The notes beneath the pieces were generated by a model that saw nothing but the letters and a program-made list of their open reading frames with translations, made no database searches and was not told where the DNA came from. This document shows, in pieces, positions 19,901 to 28,098 of a stretch of 64,000 bases of DNA. The position numbers and the translations under genes were made by a program. This DNA comes from Patescibacteria group bacterium. GTDB taxonomy: Bacteria; Patescibacteriota; Patescibacteriia; JACRDY01. Location: assembly GCA_041653535.1 (NCBI GenBank), contig JBAZFH010000002.1, positions 7,209 to 71,208 of the forward strand, read 5' to 3'. Every line of letters starts with the position of its first letter. Position 1 is the first letter of the stretch.

Positions 19901-22900
19901 TGATTATAATCTCCATAACCATAACCAATATTTGTAGCTCCTTGACTTGGGACGCTTCTTGCGGCGGCAGACTGCAAAACAAGATTAGTGGTGTCAATAT
20001 TGTATCCGCTAGGGATCGGCAATAGATATGTACCCGATCCACTATTACCGGCAACACTCATATAGTAGTCGTATTCTATTTCCATATTCTGCCCGACTCT
20101 TCGCCACCGCATTTTGTTGATGGTCACAGTACCGCCGCTTGGAGCAGTGCCGGTGGACTCTATGGAGAAGGTGCTGGTTTGCCAGTTGGTTATGGTTGCC
20201 ACATCTCCGTTCTTGTTTTGCGATGAAATCAACACATTTGAACCGTCGGACCGAAAGACGACACTTTCACCCTGGTTATACAAGTAAACATCTTTGGTTA
20301 TGCCGTCTATGGTTTGTCCGGAAGAAGCAGAGATTTTAACAAAATTAGTTGAGCTATCGGTTTTATAGACTTCAATCAGTTGTCCACTATTTTCGACTGC
20401 CGTCGGCAAGGTAACCGTTACAGATGCGGAAGTCGCATCGACTTTGACTGTTCGCGTCCAACCCGCCAATGTCGCATCGGCAGTTATACTCTGTAGTGTC
20501 GTTGCACCTCCTCCGCCGCCAACAGATGACCCATTCCATTGAAGTGATCCAGAACTATTGCTTAAAGCCGTTCCGCCGATGTAAATGGAACTTTCGGAAA
20601 CATAAGCGTCTTTCCATTGCTTGGTACTTGAACCCAAATCATATGTTTCGTCGGTTCCCGGCAAAAGATTTCCGTTTATAGTAACGTTTCCATCTAAAAT
20701 AATATTTCCTTTCAAGGTAATCGTATCAAGAGCCGAACCAATAGTTACGTTATCGGCTGTCGTATTGTCGGAAGCTATATTTATAGTATTGCCAGCTGTG
20801 CCTGTGCCAATGCTTATTGTTTTTGCATTATTACCAGTGCCAATATTTACTGCTCCTGTAGAATTTGAATCCAAAGTAATCGCCCCCGTACTGCCCGATG
20901 TAATTGATAAAGCTCCGGAGCCCGCAAGAGAAGCAACATTTGAAAGCGCACCGGCATTAATAACCAGACCATTGATTGTATTAGTAGATGTGGCGCCGGT
21001 AATGGCGCCGGTCACGCCAAGCGTTCCAGCAATAAGAGTGTTTCCACTCGCAGCTGTGACAGTAAATTTGTCGGTATTTATGGCCAGGTCGCTGGCTAAA
21101 TTTAACCCTCCGCCTGAAGTAAAATCTGTTCCAGCTGCGCCGATGTTGAGCATCAGACCGTTTGCCATATCCACATTACCGGAAGTCATAGTTAAACCGG
21201 TAATGCCCGAGAGCGCACCAGAATTTATAATTAATCCGTTTATAGAATTTGCTAAGGTCGGCGCAATGATAGCTGAAGAGAAAGTTTTAGTTCCGCCAAT
21301 TGTTTGTGATTGGGTTGTGTCAACAAGGCCAGACCATCCGGTGTTAAGCGAATCACTAGTTTTAACATAAAGCACGCCGTTTGCGGTATCAATTGCTAGC
21401 GAGCCTTCGTTGGCCGCAATTGAGCTTTCCGGAGTTCCGGCAGTATTAAAAATTCCAAAAGTATCAGTGCCATCGGCAAAATTCATCCATTGTCCAGCCG
21501 AAGTCCTGGTATATTTTGGCAAGCCTCCGCTGGTGATTGCAAAAGTTAAATCGTTACCAGCCAAAGTAATACCAGTTGCAGCATCAAGTGTTAGGGCATC
21601 AGCAAGCTTGGTAAAATTTAGCGAATCGTCAGCCAAAGCAATTGTCACAGCCGCATTTTCTGTTCCAGAATTGGCAATTGTAAAAATACTTTGTCCGCTG
21701 TCTGCAAGTGTTGCAATATAGTTTCCAGTAGTATCGGTAGCAAGAGTTACTTTGTCTGCGCCAATTGTAGCTGCGCCAGTATTATCTATTGTAATGTCTC
21801 CAGACATTACAACGCCTGTTGCCACGTTTGAACTGTTGCCAACAAAAATTAGGCCGCTGTTCAGACTTTTTGCAAGTTTTTCAGTGTCCAGTTCAACAAT
21901 GGCGTCTTGTACGTTTGTGGCAACAATATTTCCACTGACTATATTGTCAATTTGGTCTGCATCATAATCATGTGCAGAGGCTGTAACAGTGCCTTGCCTG
22001 CCAAAAACAGAATCAACGGCATTTGAATTATCAAGCTTTTCCCATTTTGTGCCGTTGTGCACCACCCAATCTCCCACAGTGTAAACAATTGCACCGCTGC
22101 CAAGATTTTGAGAACCGCCTGCCGCAACTACATAATATTTTCCCTGTTGGCCGCTAGTAGGAGCGTCAGCCAAGGTTGGTGTGTTGTTTGAAGCGTCCCA
22201 AGTTCCCTGGTACACAAGCGCTCCCGTAATACCAGAAAGAAAATTCGCTCTTGTGATTTGTCTTACTGCGCTGGCGCTGGAATCATATATAGGAATCAAG
22301 TCTGCGTTATCAATTACACCTTCGCTTGTCAGTCCGCTAATATTTAAAGAAAAAGCCCCACTTGAAAGTGAAAGCCCTGTGCCGGCCGTGTAAGTAGTAT
22401 TATTGTCGGTTGAGCATGCCCAAGCTGAACCATTCCACTTTATTATTTCATTTGTAGCACAACTATTTTGTCCCAATTTACCAAAAGTTATAGTTGAGTC
22501 AGCGATGTCGGCAGTGGCGATCGTGCCGTCAATAATTTCAGAAGATTCAATTGAAGCACCTAAACTTGATGAAAGCGTGCCACTAGAAAAACTCAATCCA
22601 GTACCGGCAAGATTAGTATAAGTATTGCCACCAAGAATAAAGCCGTTACCGAAAGATTGAATGCCCGTCCAGCTGTTGGCATTAGTCAAATCAAGCGCGA
22701 AAGATGAACCGGAAAGCGAAAGTCCGCTTCCAGCGGTATAGCTCGTACCACCCGCGTCTGCCGCCCAAGTAGGCAGTCCGCCGGATAACTTTAAAACTTG
22801 GCCATCGGTGCCGGCTGATAAAAGCGACCAGGCATCGGACGAAGAAAACAACATGGCTCCATTGGTAGCGGTGTCAGATGTATAAACCGGCGCAGTAACA

Positions 22901-23049
22901 CCGCAATTGCTATCTGCAGGACCGCAAGCTGGCGTAAGTGTTTGGCCAGGAGAATACATAACCGCTCCTGCGCTTTGAGGAAACACGACACAAAGCAATA
23001 AAATCAAGATGACAAATTTGCTTATAATATTTAAAAAATTATTTACCAT
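16951..23049 (-). CDS. giant secreted fibre-like protein with peptidase S74 (intramolecular chaperone) domain
   Basis: Signal peptide from MVNNF (ATG 23049); G/S/T-rich repeats; GNVGIGTTAP; SSLGVYKTNV...LRPVTYYW...GLIAEEV...VDYPKL then coiled coil; Pro/Glu tail. Confidence 0.8.
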   Translation of the reverse strand: MVNNFLNIISKFVILILLLCVVFPQSAGAVMYSPGQTLTPACGPADSNCGVTAPVYTSDTATNGAMLFSSSDAWSLLSAGTDGQVLKLSGGLPTWAADAGGTSYTAGSGLSLSGSSFALDLTNANSWTGIQSFGNGFILGGNTYTNLAGTGLSFSSGTLSSSLGASIESSEIIDGTIATADIADSTITFGKLGQNSCATNEIIKWNGSAWACSTDNNTTYTAGTGLSLSSGAFSLNISGLTSEGVIDNADLIPIYDSSASAVRQITRANFLSGITGALVYQGTWDASNNTPTLADAPTSGQQGKYYVVAAGGSQNLGSGAIVYTVGDWVVHNGTKWEKLDNSNAVDSVFGRQGTVTASAHDYDADQIDNIVSGNIVATNVQDAIVELDTEKLAKSLNSGLIFVGNSSNVATGVVMSGDITIDNTGAATIGADKVTLATDTTGNYIATLADSGQSIFTIANSGTENAAVTIALADDSLNFTKLADALTLDAATGITLAGNDLTFAITSGGLPKYTRTSAGQWMNFADGTDTFGIFNTAGTPESSIAANEGSLAIDTANGVLYVKTSDSLNTGWSGLVDTTQSQTIGGTKTFSSAIIAPTLANSINGLIINSGALSGITGLTMTSGNVDMANGLMLNIGAAGTDFTSGGGLNLASDLAINTDKFTVTAASGNTLIAGTLGVTGAITGATSTNTINGLVINAGALSNVASLAGSGALSITSGSTGAITLDSNSTGAVNIGTGNNAKTISIGTGTAGNTINIASDNTTADNVTIGSALDTITLKGNIILDGNVTINGNLLPGTDETYDLGSSTKQWKDAYVSESSIYIGGTALSNSSGSLQWNGSSVGGGGGATTLQSITADATLAGWTRTVKVDATSASVTVTLPTAVENSGQLIEVYKTDSSTNFVKISASSGQTIDGITKDVYLYNQGESVVFRSDGSNVLISSQNKNGDVATITNWQTSTFSIESTGTAPSGGTVTINKMRWRRVGQNMEIEYDYYMSVAGNSGSGTYLLPIPSGYNIDTTNLVLQSAAARSVPSQGATNIGYGYGDYNQTTDQNRKILTAYVWGGATPNKLNIAQTEEYSENHYVVGSDWFENAANRSFSLHVSIPIQGWSAMGTNVVSTVEYIMVTRSSNQDVSNGTTILFNTQVSGNIPYNTSTGVFTLTAGKTYELSYSLRNTSNSAQFDVAWRDNDGATNLVANTGMGNSAAAYESKSGSIIYTPTTNQQVKLVAFAGSGTIMGGQSFASITQIGSTASSGVALSSLVDATANGSLDNRSYAHTWAWSTATTQTGLTMTGNTLTSGGLLNLATSSASASGNILSLNISNASASAKGLSIANSGTGLSMDIQGAVAFKAGTTYTTAGSANNVNFGNVSLIKLDTSGTAQTITGIAGGADGKILTLMNVDAANAVTLSNSSASSSDGNKILTGTDADLTIAANASVTLQYDSTGTAATSYWRVIGGTGSGDGGGGMGVPDYANGQTRVTDIIYQAGTDGYLSAVYSGSYMNDLYIYVGTTNPPETVVWRQGDDQNLYTKYGAAMVPIKKGNYYRVTQGYDTVTVKFYPAVEGADQWTSNGTALYYNDGNVGIGTTAPQAALHIVGSEILGTAGTAGDSAVNLEFVTKGGNTSGLSGASTKGWQLYGRGDAYSTTSERNDFGISYWNGSTWQTPLVFDSAAAGVTMNVGASGLTINGLGSSVGTSYLCNNGGSITYSASACNSSLGVYKTNVEDLHFGLDEAMKLRPVTYYWNKDTYHGLSGDMDKQQVGLIAEEVAEVDPLLNTYNYDENGVAVLGGVDYPKLSVLAIKAIQDQQKEIEEIQNQLTLASESGSGGISVISLNELTISGALSVIGHVVLGEDTVGEAIITAGQTSANITFATPYTEKPAITITPDQAVSFFVNNKTPNGFTVNISSAQTSDITFDWHVFAQKGNAFTVVVEATQAPESEITPEPEPVITTPEELAPTEPEAETTPNSEPEQEPEETITEPTPAPEPVPEPIPNPEPESAPVVEEPAPEPEPTPEPAVEPAPVPDNGDVAQ

Positions 23050-23127
23050 ACTATAATGAAAACAGCCCAATCTAAAAAGATTTGGGCCGCTCATGAGCCG
23101 CGTAGCTTATTTTTATTTATTATAACA
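23050..23127 (-). promoter_or_regulatory. extended -10 promoter and leader with terminator-like hairpin
   Basis: TGtTATAAT at 23119-23127; hairpin 23065-23087 followed by TTTT on the minus strand. Confidence 0.55.
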
Positions 23128-23166
23128 AATTTTTATATATCCAATAATATTAGCCTGTGGATAAAA

Positions 23167-23985
23167 TTACTTTTTCATCCAATTTAAATGTCTATATCCC
23201 ACAAAATCTCCCAGATCGTCATAAAACGGCGAAGCTATACTTTCGCAATCTACAAAGTGACCATCTTTGTGTTTTGCTCGAAAACATGGGATCCGGAAAG
23301 ATTGTCTTTTATGAAATAAAGCTTTCTGATTGTTATCACGCCACTCCGCTTCGTCGGGCGCATACAACTCTCTAACGTTTCTACCCAATAACTCTTCCTG
23401 TTCGTAGCCGTAAAAATTTCTTACTTGTTTGTCCACATACAAAAAATTGCCGCTTGAATCCATTTCCGTAACAAAGTCGCAATGGTTTTGAGAGTCAAAC
23501 TTATTGCGCGACTCAAAGGCCTCGTCGGGGAAAATAACTTTATCAACAATTCTTAATATATAGTCACGGCCGTTTTCCTGAAATGATCGCATACAAATTA
23601 CAATCGGAACCTCGCTTCCGTCTTTTGCCTTGTGACTAGTATCCCAGCGAAAGTATTTAAATTTGGTAATTTTTGAGATAAAAATTTTATCCACACTCCT
23701 CTGCTGTTCGCTAAAATAAAGTTCGTTGACATTTTTACCAACTATTTCGTTCAATGAAAAACCAATATTCCTTTCAATAGAAGGACTGGCGTTGACTATC
23801 TTTCCATCATAGGATGTAAGCAACAAATATCTGTTAGACTCGTCTCCATCGGCAATACCATTAAAACGCACAATTTTTCCACAACGGTCGCATTTAAGCT
23901 CCTCATAGCTTTTAAGCAACATCCCTCTTATAATCAAACGATTACAGCCGTCACAACGATATTCGTGTAATAGATAAGAGTCCAT
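23167..23985 (-). CDS. Com-like zinc ribbon fused to two PAS domains
   Basis: EYRCDGCNRLIIRG...ELKCDRCGKI; PAS motifs DGKIVNASP..GFSLNEIVGK..KDGSEVP and GNFLYV..GYEQEELLGR..HKDGHFV. Confidence 0.75.
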   Translation of the reverse strand: MDSYLLHEYRCDGCNRLIIRGMLLKSYEELKCDRCGKIVRFNGIADGDESNRYLLLTSYDGKIVNASPSIERNIGFSLNEIVGKNVNELYFSEQQRSVDKIFISKITKFKYFRWDTSHKAKDGSEVPIVICMRSFQENGRDYILRIVDKVIFPDEAFESRNKFDSQNHCDFVTEMDSSGNFLYVDKQVRNFYGYEQEELLGRNVRELYAPDEAEWRDNNQKALFHKRQSFRIPCFRAKHKDGHFVDCESIASPFYDDLGDFVGYRHLNWMKK

Positions 23986-24025
23986 AAAATATGTTATAAT
24001 ATTATAACATATTTTATAAAAAACA

Positions 24026-25249
24026 ATGAATAAACTCCGCAATATTTTTTTATGGGCGCTCTATGACTTTGCCAACTCTTTTGTTTATATCGCTTTCTTT
24101 TTGTATTTCAGCCAGTGGGCAGTGGCTGACAAAAATGTCCCTGACATTTGGTTTAACCTTTGCCTTGCCACCTCTTCTGCTATTTTATTACTAACTGCTC
24201 CGTTTGTAGGAATAAAACTTGATGAAAAATGGCAGAACATTTCTGGCCTACGTGTTACCACCATTGCGATTATATTTTTTTATGGACTCACGGCATTTTT
24301 CGCGCTCAAAAATTATGCCGTTCCAGCTCTTGCATTTTTCACCATCGGCCAATATTTTTTTGCTTTATCATTTTCTTTTTATACTCCGCTTATCAATGTT
24401 ATTTCTCCGCCAAATAAACGCGGCTTGGTTTCGGGAATTGGTTTTGTGGGAAATTTTATGGGAAATATCGCGGGGCTGTTGCTTGCTGCGCCTTTTGCAA
24501 CAGGGAAAATAAATTTATTTGGCGAATTAAGCCGCGCCGAAACTATAGTACCGGCGATCAGTGCTTTTTTGTTATTTTCCCTGCCAATGCTGCTGTTTTT
24601 TAAAGAACCTAAAAAAGAAAACACAACCACTCAGCTTGAGGGAAATTTTTTGCAAAAAGCAACGAGTATTTTTCAAAATCGTAATATTTTAATATTTCTA
24701 ATTTCGTTTAGCTTATTCAATGGAGCCATTCTTACGGTAATAAATAATTTACCAATTATTTTTGAAAAGGTTTGGAATACAACAGATAATACTAAGGCGC
24801 TTATAACGCTAGCAACGGTTATTGCTTCGGTAATCGGCAGTTTCCTCTTTGGTCATTTTGCCGATAGATTTGGAGATAAAAAAATCCTTGTTTTAATACT
24901 TATAAGCTGGATTGTTCTATTGCCAGTCACAGCCATAATGCTGAATTTTTATTATTTTGTCATATGTTGCATTATAAGCGGATTGTTTATCGGTGCAAAT
25001 GCAACCGTATCCCGAACAACAATGACCAATCTGGCCACAAATAAAAATTATAACCTGGGTTTTTCGTATTTTAATATTATTGAACGCGCCTCAATTATTA
25101 TCGGTCCCATAATTTGGGGAACTGTTGTTTCAAGTTTTACTAGTTTTGGCATAGCGCGCTATCAATTTGCCCTATTAGCAATGGCGCTAATTGTTTTCTC
25201 TGGTTTAATTTTTTTGTTAAAAAAAAGCCGCCCATTTTCTAGCGGATAA
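24026..25249 (+). CDS. MFS transporter (UMF1/Atg22-like)
   Basis: WALYDFANS, GHFADRFGDKK, ~12 TM. Confidence 0.85.
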   Translation: MNKLRNIFLWALYDFANSFVYIAFFLYFSQWAVADKNVPDIWFNLCLATSSAILLLTAPFVGIKLDEKWQNISGLRVTTIAIIFFYGLTAFFALKNYAVPALAFFTIGQYFFALSFSFYTPLINVISPPNKRGLVSGIGFVGNFMGNIAGLLLAAPFATGKINLFGELSRAETIVPAISAFLLFSLPMLLFFKEPKKENTTTQLEGNFLQKATSIFQNRNILIFLISFSLFNGAILTVINNLPIIFEKVWNTTDNTKALITLATVIASVIGSFLFGHFADRFGDKKILVLILISWIVLLPVTAIMLNFYYFVICCIISGLFIGANATVSRTTMTNLATNKNYNLGFSYFNIIERASIIIGPIIWGTVVSSFTSFGIARYQFALLAMALIVFSGLIFLLKKSRPFSSG

Positions 25250-25296
25250 AAAATAATTATGCAGGCATCTTTTTGCTAAAACTCTTTATTTACTCA

Positions 25297-25344
25297 GGTT
25301 CAAACTTGGTAATCTGGCGGTGACGATGTCCCGAAGTTAGAACC
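25297..25344. repeat. attP-like junction site with 11-bp inverted arms
   Basis: ggttcaaactt...aagttagaacc (10/11 match); left half repeats at 27933-27955 (20/23), right half at 14606-14628 (22/23). Confidence 0.75.
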
Positions 25345-25492
25345 TAAAACGTCTTATAGACGGCCAACTTTCTGGACTCTTGATCCTATTATAAAGAATT
25401 TGAGGCATATGCACAAAGAACATCCAGAATGGTTTGAGGTGCCTAAACCTAAATCTGATAATGGTAAAAACGTAATCGAATATTCTATCTGA
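25322..25492 (+). pseudogene. start-less coding fragment, copy 2
   Basis: DDVPKLEP...HPEWFEVPKPKSDNGKNVIEYSI*; in-frame TAA just upstream at 25310. Confidence 0.55.
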
Positions 25493-25515
25493 CTTGAGAG
25501 TAAGTAATGTTGAAT

Positions 25516-27810
25516 CTATTCATCGTCCTGTTTTTCGAGAATATCATCCTCAAACTTAATATCCAGCTTCTTCTTCAACAGCTTAACTTTATTTTCCAGC
25601 TCGACAATTTCTCTGATTTCTTTAACTAAATCATGTTGAACACTTAGTGGTGGTAGAGGAATTTGCAAATCCTCAAATGTTCCTCTTCTAATCGACGGAT
25701 ATCCTTCATTTAATAAAATATCTTGTGCTTTAATGTTTATTAAACAATTCAAAAGATAATAAGGGTCTACTTTGTCCTCATTTGGTATGATGCAAGCAAA
25801 ATGACTTACAACATAAGCATTGCACCCTAGTATTCCTCGATGGTTTTTTAACGCAGATTTACCACTCTTAGGGAATAAGATTGTCCCCTTAGAAAACAGC
25901 CTTAACCCCTTAATTCCCTGCTCATTCAATAAATCTCTGGTTTCTTTAAGATTGAAAGCGATGTGTTCTTTTGCCAAATCAGAAACTCTAACAAATGGAT
26001 AGGTTCCGTTTTCAAAAGAATCTAGGTCTTGCGGTGCAGAATTTCCAAAAGTTACTGTAGCAATTGATTTTAGACTTACGCTCTTATATCTTCCTGATGG
26101 TATTCCATTTGCCGTATATAACGATTTTAAAAGTTCGTATTTCTTTTTCCTTATTTCTGCAATTTCTAAAACATCAAAATGAATACCGTCTAATAAATTA
26201 TCAAGATCATTTTTTTTAGTTGGTTTTCTGTAATTATCTAGAGTATATCCGTCTGATTTTACGTCAAAAAACCATATCTTCTCTTTCTTTTCAGATTTAT
26301 CTTTTATTTTTACATGAAGAATACTAGCTTTTTGCGGAGTATAAGGCAGAAACACACCAGAAGGTAGCGACACTACTGTTTGTAAATCAAATTTCTCTAC
26401 CAACCACTCCCTATCTTTTTCAAATTTAGAATCAAATAAAAAACCTTCTGGGACTATAATTCCTGCGCGACTATTTATGTTTTCACTGTTAAGTGACTTC
26501 AAACAGTGCTGCAAACAAATACTGTCTCCATTTTTAGTCGGTAGGTCATATAAATTACCCCATTCTGTTTCCTGAGAAAAAGGTATGTTAGTTATAACTA
26601 CATCATATTCGTTTTTAACTGGGTGTTCTAAACTATCCATCTGTTGGATATTGCTATGTCCATCACCAATAAGAATCATGTTCATTTTTGCAATTCGAGC
26701 AATGCTCGTTAATTCTCTCCCATATACAGTATTTTTTCTCAAAATCTCATCTGAGTTTTTATTTTGAGGCATCCTGTTGTGAATATATTTAAATGTTTCG
26801 GTTAGCATACCTCCGGTTCCACAAAAAGGATCATAGACCTTTTCTCCGAGTTGCGGATTAAGTAACTTTACAAGAGTTTTTGCAATATGACGTGGAGTAA
26901 AGTACTGTCCCATGTCATTACTATTGCCAGAGCTGTATGATTTCAAAAAATATTCAAAGGCATCTCCTTTTATATCAGCATTAGTATCTATTAAAGATAA
27001 AGGATCGAGCATGTCGATAATCCTTTTTAATCTTTCTGGGTTTTGAATTCGAAGATCAGTAAAAATGTTCGCATCATTGAACCTTTCTCTGAAGTATTTC
27101 AACACTATAGAATTTATATACTGTTTTAACTCGTTATCATTCTTATTTTTAAAGAAATTCCATCTGAATTCTCTTGGTATAACGTTGGCGACACCGTTTT
27201 GTTCGTTTAAATCCTCTCTCTCAGAAATAATTTTTAGAAATAAAAGATTGGCAAATTCACTAAATCTGTCAACTCCAGCATGTAAGCCTTCTCCTCGTAA
27301 GATATCATTCGCTTGATCAAAAATACCTATGAGCTCTTTGCGTGACTCTATGACTTTTTTGTCTTTAGTAAGTACATCACTAGTGTCTATGTATTGTAAA
27401 GCAATATACTCTTTAATGAGTTCATCCAGTTCCTCTCCATTAAGAGTCAGCGGCTTTTTTGTCTTAATGTGTAATGTTTTTGTAAAAATTCCATCTGTTG
27501 CAAAAACGATAGGCGCTTTGATTTTTTGAGCATAATCCAAGCCCTGTTTTAAGGCCTCGTGTATATTTTTTCGAGTTTTCTTTGCTTCAATAACTATTAT
27601 TGGCTGATCGGAATTTGATTTATACAACACATAGTCAGGTCTCAGTCCGCCCAAAGCTTTTTTCTGCTCAACAGTCTTTGGTTGTTGTTTATATACATTT
27701 CTTTCGTGACTTTTTGGGTCACTAACCCATCCCAAATTTTCCAGGGTACGGTCAATCAAAGTTTCCGTATCTCTTTCAATTGATAAATTATAGATATCGT
27801 CTTTATGCAT
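25516..27810 (-). CDS. single-chain restriction-modification enzyme (HsdR_N-like nuclease + N6-adenine MTase + TRD; Type IIG/IIB-like)
   Basis: RPDYVL..IEAKK; GQYFTPRH; DPFCGTGG; VITNIPF; C-terminal HsdS-like IPLPPLSVQ. Confidence 0.85.
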   Translation of the reverse strand: MHKDDIYNLSIERDTETLIDRTLENLGWVSDPKSHERNVYKQQPKTVEQKKALGGLRPDYVLYKSNSDQPIIVIEAKKTRKNIHEALKQGLDYAQKIKAPIVFATDGIFTKTLHIKTKKPLTLNGEELDELIKEYIALQYIDTSDVLTKDKKVIESRKELIGIFDQANDILRGEGLHAGVDRFSEFANLLFLKIISEREDLNEQNGVANVIPREFRWNFFKNKNDNELKQYINSIVLKYFRERFNDANIFTDLRIQNPERLKRIIDMLDPLSLIDTNADIKGDAFEYFLKSYSSGNSNDMGQYFTPRHIAKTLVKLLNPQLGEKVYDPFCGTGGMLTETFKYIHNRMPQNKNSDEILRKNTVYGRELTSIARIAKMNMILIGDGHSNIQQMDSLEHPVKNEYDVVITNIPFSQETEWGNLYDLPTKNGDSICLQHCLKSLNSENINSRAGIIVPEGFLFDSKFEKDREWLVEKFDLQTVVSLPSGVFLPYTPQKASILHVKIKDKSEKKEKIWFFDVKSDGYTLDNYRKPTKKNDLDNLLDGIHFDVLEIAEIRKKKYELLKSLYTANGIPSGRYKSVSLKSIATVTFGNSAPQDLDSFENGTYPFVRVSDLAKEHIAFNLKETRDLLNEQGIKGLRLFSKGTILFPKSGKSALKNHRGILGCNAYVVSHFACIIPNEDKVDPYYLLNCLINIKAQDILLNEGYPSIRRGTFEDLQIPLPPLSVQHDLVKEIREIVELENKVKLLKKKLDIKFEDDILEKQDDE

Positions 27811-27949
27811 ATAAGTTAATTATGCAAAAAATAAAAATATTTTACAAATGTGCCGACATTCTAAAAAACGAAAAAATACCCTTTAAAAATCACACTTGTA
27901 AAAAGTTATCCACACTCAAGTTTTTAATCCAAGTTCTAACTTGGACATC

Positions 27950-28040
27950 TGGCGGAGAGGGAGGGATTCGAACCCTCGAGACCCTTACGGGTATACCGCA
28001 TTTCGAGTGCGGCGCCTTCGACCAACTCAGCCACCTCTCC
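27950..28040 (-). tRNA. tRNA-Ser(CGA)
   Basis: GGAGAGG acceptor, CCGCA-CT-CGA-AA-TGCGG anticodon arm, long variable arm, GTTCGAATC, encoded CCA. Confidence 0.97.
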
Positions 28041-28098
28041 AAACAAGTGAGAAGAAACGAGGTACAAGGAACAAGCAGGAACAAATGCTCGTACCTTA

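Larger units (their letters stand above)
14602..27955. mobile_element. tandem integrated cassettes at the tRNA-Ser 3' end (no recombinase gene in window)
   Basis: Shared att-like half-sites at 14606-14628, 25297-25344 and 27933-27974; cargo is a surface-protein operon, regulator, MFS and RM enzyme. Confidence 0.65.

Noticed and set aside
16880-22621. Plus-strand ORFs (e.g. 20621-21370) within the giant gene
   Set aside because: Antisense shadows of a G/S/T/A-rich coding strand, with no independent motifs.
16951-23049. Prophage
   Set aside because: The fibre-like protein has a signal peptide and there are no capsid, terminase, portal or integrase genes nearby.
14606-25492. The two ~165-bp repeats as a DGR TR/VR pair
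   Set aside because: Differences involve all bases and an indel and are largely synonymous, not A-to-N.
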